From the human T2T-CHM13v2.0 reference genome, Homo sapiens, in the NCBI RefSeq assembly GCF_009914755.1, contig NC_060925.1: 64,000 bases of DNA. The stretch is one strand, 5' to 3'. Position numbers and translations under genes: made by a program. A model generated the notes under the pieces. It was given only the letters and a program-made list of their open reading frames with translations. It was not told the DNA's origin and made no database searches. This document shows positions 56,795-64,000 of the stretch, piece by piece; position 1 is the stretch's first letter; each line of letters opens with the position of its first letter.

Positions 56795-57609
56795 AAAAAC
56801 AAAGAGAATATGCCTTCTTCCTAAAGGATGATATCCTAAAATATACACCAAAATGGAGGAACATGCCCCAACTGTTTTTCCTTCCTCACGAATACATATT
56901 TCAAGTTCAGAACCATTCATTCACAACGTATAAATAAGGTCAAGGGTATTTCATACCAAATGACTTGAAAAACCATAAGGGACCATTTTCCTGCTTGTTC
57001 CTTAGGACCTCTCCTTCCCCATTTACCAAAGATCTCACAGCTGCTTCTAACCAGGCAATAGCTCTCTCCACACCGTGCTTTGAAAAAGGAACAAAACAGT
57101 TCCTTTTTCAGGTCAACCCAGTTTTAACTCCAGGTCAAGACAGACAAACTTTCTCAAACTTAGACTTTTAGTGCCTGATTAAAATGGTGAATAAATCCTA
57201 GACAAATGTACAATGTGTTTTTGCTTCAATTACAGAAAGCCTTATGTTTGTTTTAAACTCTCGGGAATTTCAGTGTTAACATTTTTCTTGGTTTCCAAGG
57301 TGAGAGATGTGACTGAAGAAATTTGGTCAAAGCAAGTATAGCTCTAGGGCAGTGACTCTAAAGAGGGCAGTGATTCTAAAGAGGGCTGTGCCAGCAATAA
57401 ATTTAAGGAGAAACACACCCCCGTGGGGGAGGATCCATAAGGCTATGTAGTTTGTACTTGTCCTTGTATAATGCAAATATATTCACAAAGTTTAATCTAT
57501 ATCAAATTTCAAATAATATTAACATAGGGCATGGGTTTCTTACTGGAGTCGGGGAGAAATGCAGAAGCGTGCCATCATGGCACTATCACATCCAAACTCA
57601 ACTCAGAAG

Positions 57610-58760
57610 ACAGTTCAATTCAACTTATAAACATTGTAGTGCTTACTATGTGTCAGGAGCTGGACATGCAGAAATGAATAAAAGACCATTCTTTCCTGAA
57701 GGTGCTCAGTGAGTTGTAAACAAAGAGATGTAAATGAAGAGATCGCAATGTAATATGATGAGTGCAATAATACAAGAGTGTACAAAGACACTGCAGAGGA
57801 GATGCTGAGAGCGTACTGATGAACTCTGTACAGAAGGCAAGGGGAGATGCTGAGGAATCCTGCTTGGGATCCCGCACAGGGGAGCAGGGAAGGCTTCCTG
57901 GAGGGGTGGCATCTGAGCTGCTTTAAAGGTTGAATAAGTTTTACAGGTTCAAGGAAGAGGACCCATTCCAAAGAGAGGGCACAGCATGGATACAGCACAA
58001 ACCATGACACAACATGATAAAGAAAGGAAACTAGAGGCAGTTCAGCTGTAAGGCAGTATAAAATGTAAGCAGGGTAAGTGGGAAGTGATTAATATTAACA
58101 GTCTTTTATGCTACGATGTTAGCAAAAAAAAAATGAGTTTTTAAAAATCACTCTGGTGACATTGTGCAAGATACAGTGTCAAGATACAATTAAACTATTT
58201 CTAAAAGATTATTTGTAGTAGTTAGGTCATCCATTCATTCAGTACTACAGACAATAAGTGTTTACTGAGAGCCACCATTTGAGCTACAATAGTCTTCCAG
58301 ACACGTTTCCTATCTGAAGGGACCTTATAATAAGCTATTTATTTAGCATTTAATATTTGCCATACACTGAGCCAGTACTCTTAACACAACTGCAATTAAT
58401 AGCAAGGCAGGTCTCATTATCTCCACATCACAGAAAAGGAGGCTTGGAAGAGAAGTTGAGTGACTTCAGCAAGGTCACACAGCAAGGAGGTGATGCTGAC
58501 AAGACTCCAACTGAGGGCTGGTTCCAGAGCCTGTATTCTTTGCATTGCACTACACAACTTCAAAACATTCCTACATTCAGAAGTCTGGTAGAAGAAAAAA
58601 GAATGAAATACAAATATTCCAAACATAAGGCAGTATGAGATCAATGCCATATGAGATCTATTAAGAGAAGCACTATGTGGGTGAAATAGAGAGAAGGGTT
58701 ATTTCTGGTCAGAGCAATTAAGGAAGGAATCCCAGAAACGTTGGGCTTTACCAGAAAGGT
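57610..58760 (-). mobile_element. L2 and MIR fragments
   Basis: GCTTACTATGTGTCAGG, CAGGGAAGGCTTCCTGGAGG, CAAGGTCACACAGC. Confidence 0.7.
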
Positions 58761-58768
58761 GAGATTTC

Positions 58769-59036
<268 letters not shown>

Positions 59037-59613
59037 CAGAAGGATGAGATTTCAATAGGTGAAGATACGGGACTGCGCAGCGAAAAAGGGGCATTTCATG
59101 AGCAACACGTAGAACTTAGACTCTGGCGACAACCAAGGTTCCTATTCCATTATTCACCAGCTGCAGACCCTGGAGAAATAACTGAATGTCCTACACCTCA
59201 CTTTTTTCATCAGTAAAATGGGATACTAGTAACATCTTTTTCCTAAAGTTGGAGTAAGGATTATGGAATAATCTATATAAAGTATTTAGCATAATGCTTA
59301 GTAAGTGGTAAACATCCAACAGACAGCAAATGTTAGCTAGTAGTCTGTTTAAAGAATGGTAAGCAGTCAAGTTAGGCTTCCAGTCCTCTTAAAGCAAAAT
59401 AAGAAATGTGGTCGAAACAATAGGTTGCAGTCAGATTGAGAATGAAGTTCATGTCTACCTTAGAAAGTTGGTCTGTATTTAGCAGGCAATAGGGAGTCAA
59501 TCATTAGAAGAAAGAAGCCATATTAAGAACATTCTGAGTAGATCTCCAGTGGGAGCCCCTAGCCCCTCTCCTTGACATCTGGCTTATTTGTGACCCCTTC
59601 TAAAAAGGCATGA

Positions 59614-60006
<393 letters not shown>

Positions 60007-60249
60007 TGATTTTTTTTCTTTTCTTTCTCACTCCATCCTGTACCTTCCCTCCTAAAAGCAGAGTAATGGCTGAGACACAATTATTAGCCTGACTTCCCTT
60101 GGAGATTGTCTTGGTTAAACAAATTTTCCAGAAACTAATCTGGGTAGCTTAGATCATTATTTATTTGTTACTTTTTAAAATTTGTTAATACCAGGCTTTC
60201 ACTTAGTTATCTTGAAGTTAATGCCTCTTCTATAACATAATTATTAGCT

Positions 60250-60837
<588 letters not shown>

Positions 60838-61192
60838 TAATACATTATAATGAAGAAACTTTGGGGGTAATGATTACATTCACTATCTTGATTGTGCTGG
60901 TTTCATGGGTATTATATATGTCAAAGCCTATCAAATTGTATACCTTAAATATGTGCAATTTATTAAATGTCAATTAAATCTCAATAAAGCTATTAAAAAT
61001 ATGGTAAAAGTTTAGTAATTCATGTAATTATTAAAAGGTGTACAACTTTATAATTAATAATATACTAATATACAAGCTAATGCACATATTAAAACCTTAA
61101 ATTTAAAAAATTTATCAGGACAAGTGATTATATAGAAATGTATATACAGGCTTGTAAAACTTTGGTATAGTGTACCTTTTAAAAAAAAAATA

Positions 61193-61418
61193 ACCAGCCT
61201 GGGCAATGTAGGGAGACTTCATCTCTACAAAAAATTTTAAAACTAGCTGGGTGTGGTGGCATGTGCCTATAGCCCCAGCTACTTCGGAGGCTGAGGTGGG
61301 AGGATCACTTGAGCCCAGGAGGTCAAGGCTGCAGTGAGCCGTGATCAAGCCACTGCAATCCAGCCTGGGTGACAGAGTGAGACCCCATCTGAAAAAAAAA
61401 AAAAAAAAAAGAAAAAAG
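61193..61418 (+). mobile_element. AluJ, 5'-truncated
   Basis: GGATCACTTGAGCCCAGGAGGTCAAGGCTGCAGTG. Confidence 0.9.
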
Positions 61419-61419
61419 A

Positions 61420-61905
61420 ACACCCCTATGTTACACCTATGTTCACAGCAGCATTATTCAAAATAGGCAAAAGGTGGAAACAACCCAAGTGTTCATCAAT
61501 GAACGAATGGGTAAACAAAATGGGGTATATACATACAATTAAATATTATTCAACCTTAAAAAAGAAAGAAATTTGGACATATGCTACAACATGGATGAAC
61601 TTTGAGGACATTATAGGAAGTGAAATAAGCCAGTAACAAAAAATATATACAATATGATTCCACTTACCTGCAGTATCTGGAGTTATCAAATAGAGACAAA
61701 GTACAATGGTGCTTGCCAGAGACAGGGGCAGGAGGGAATAGGGAGCTGTTGTTTAATGGGTATAAAGTTTCAGTTTTGCAAGATGAAAAGAGTCATTTAG
61801 ATGGATGGTAGTGATGGCTGCACAACAATGTGAATGTACTTAATGCTACTGAACTGTACTCTAGAATGGTTAAGATGGTCAACCTCCTGTGTATTCTACC
61901 ACAAT
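61420..61905 (+). mobile_element. L1MB-type 3' end
   Basis: ORF2 remnant [18 protein letters not shown]; GTTTCAGTTTTGCAAGATGAAAAGAG..GAATGTACTTAATGCTACTGAACTGTAC. Confidence 0.88.
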
Positions 61906-63554
61906 TACAGAGAGTAAGGGAGAGATGAGAGTTCCTACACATTATTGTAAAATCAGTAAGGGTGTTAATTTTGTAATTTTTTAAAATGATTTTAAGTGCT
62001 GTTATTACTTATGTTTAAACCTAACAACTTCCAAGGCAACTTTCCCAGATTCCCCAAAAAGTCAATTCTGGAGCTGACACCAGGTTAAAACTGCTAATTT
62101 TATTACTACCAGAAATCTACATATCAACTGCTTTTTCCCTGCAATATGACATATTTTCCTAATGTAGCTGTCAGAGGTCAAGGGTATAAGGTAAGCACAA
62201 TTCCCATGAAGCATTCTCACTTCTGGAAGGACAACTCTACAGGTGCCACTGGGTAGCCCAGTTTATCTGGAGTGAATAATGGGAGTCAGGGTCTGGGTAC
62301 CTGCTGATTTTAATAGTGAGGGCGCCTACATACTGCAGCCAGGTCCATCTCTGGACACCTCATAGCAGAGAAATCATCAGAGCCTGTCTAAGTTTTCAAC
62401 CTGCATGATACATAACGGATGTGGCCACAATTACCAGATAGGCTTCTTCAAAGGAAATTTCTGTTCTCATTCCCCAAGAACACCTGAAATTGAAAAAGCT
62501 AAGGACCCCTCATGAACACTGTTTCCAACTACTGCTTCTTTGCACAGTACACTGCATCCCCTGGCTCCTTGCCTACCACCTTCCTCTAGGGTCTTTCAAT
62601 TGCAAGATGCAGAGTATGGTACTTGAAAGTTTCCAAGAGTTTCATTTTCTTCCAGGAGTTCACCTTACTGCTGCAGAGTAGCTTTTTTTGTTGCTGTTTT
62701 TTCCCCTGAGCAAGGGACAGGAGCCCTCAATCATCTTGCAGGAAAATGATAGCATCTGCTTGAGGATTCCAACTAAATGTTTTACTGCAGCTTTTCAAAC
62801 TGACTATATTTAACTGATTATATTTAAAACTGATTAACTGATTATATTTAAAGCTCCCTTGGGGAATGGGAGCTGTGAGGAAAGAAGCTTTGGAGAAGAC
62901 CTTTGTTGGCATGAATGAAAAATTGCTCAGACCTCCCAAGGGAAAGAGCTTGTTTATATACCAGCCATCAACATTCCCAAGTATATATACATACACAATA
63001 CGACTCCAGTTTTAAATTTCATCTCCTGCTCTTGAAGGGTCCTGAAAGGGTTAAACTGTTCCAAGCAAAGGCCTGCACTTTTTCTATCAAAATGCTCCAG
63101 ATGGAAATTACAAAATTTCGCTTCCAGCTCTGTGGTGCACACACACTGTTCTCCTAAGACATTAAAAAAAAAAAAAAGACAAGACCCCTAATGTTCTCGA
63201 GAAAGAAAATGTGACTGCTCAGCATACAGTGCCACCCTGTTTCAGACTATTTCTTCTGGAATATTTGCATGAACTGTCAATCTCAAGCTTTCTGGGAGAC
63301 TGTAAAAACTCAAGGTATAGAGAGGGTAAAGGAAAGGGGCCTTAAATAAGGAAAGAACAATAGCTGGGACTGTATACAGTCATGTGTATTCACCCAAATA
63401 CCACCCAGATTCACAACCCTGGTAACCATGCCCTGCACCTTACCACCTTCGCTGCTCCAATCCCAGCAACAAGCTAACAGGCTAGAGGCCAAAGGCTTCA
63501 GTTTATGACCATGAATCTGACCAGGGTTGTAAAGAATTTCCAGAGATTAATGTA

Positions 63555-63902
63555 CATCAGCCCTCCCCATACCTGCAGGTTCCATATCTGCAGATTCAAC
63601 CAAATGGGAATGGAAAATATTCAAGAAAAAAAAAAAAACAATAAAAATACCAATACAACAATTTAAAATAATACAAATTTTAAAAGCAGTATAACAACTA
63701 TTTACATAGCATTTACACTGTATTAGGTATTATAAGTAATCTAGAGATGATTTAAAGTATACAGAAGGATGTGTGTACATAGGTTATACGTAAATACCAC
63801 ACCATTATTTATCAGGGACTTGAGCATCTGCAGATTTTGGTATCCTGAGGGAAGTGGGGGTAGTCCTTGAACCAATCCCCTGAGGATACTGACGGACAAC
63901 TA
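63555..63902 (+). mobile_element. Tigger3a (Golem) MITE, near full length
   Basis: CAGTATAACAACTATTTACATAGCATTTACA.TGTATTAGGTATTATAAGTAATCTAGAGATGATTTAAAGTATAC core. Confidence 0.92.
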
Positions 63903-64000
63903 CATATAAAAGCATAATGTAAATTGGAAAGAGCTATGTAAAAAGACTAAGAATATTATTGCTTTCAAGTCAGACATTGAGAGGCATGAACTTTCCAAGG

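Overview
Primate genomic DNA, most likely human (about 25 Alu/FLAM elements including AluY, L1PA 3' ends, MIR, L2, MaLR LTRs, MER58A and Tigger DNA transposons). I found no protein-coding exon: the ORF-track entries are Alu/L1 read-throughs or short chance ORFs. A-run excess on + and mostly +-oriented L1 fragments suggest the window lies inside one large intron of a gene transcribed on the - strand. From memory, the repeat-poor 16.7-21.2 kb segment resembles the multi-copy 'CM promoter' and 5'UTR-exon region found upstream of NBPF (Olduvai/DUF1220) genes, whose ancestral copy is reported to lie in an SRGAP2 intron. That would make this an SRGAP2-family intron (SRGAP2/B/C), but the assignment is recalled, not verified. 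Directly visible oddities include a perfect 16-bp RFX palindrome near CRE and AP-1 sites, a poly(A)-only retro-insertion with a 14-bp TSD, a (TA)17 microsatellite inside an L1 TSD, an Alu with two right-arm-type monomers, a cut-off Alu that may mark a deletion, and several close inverted Alu pairs. I cannot support a claim of a novel biological system. Repeat subfamily calls and the boundaries of old elements were made by eye and are approximate.
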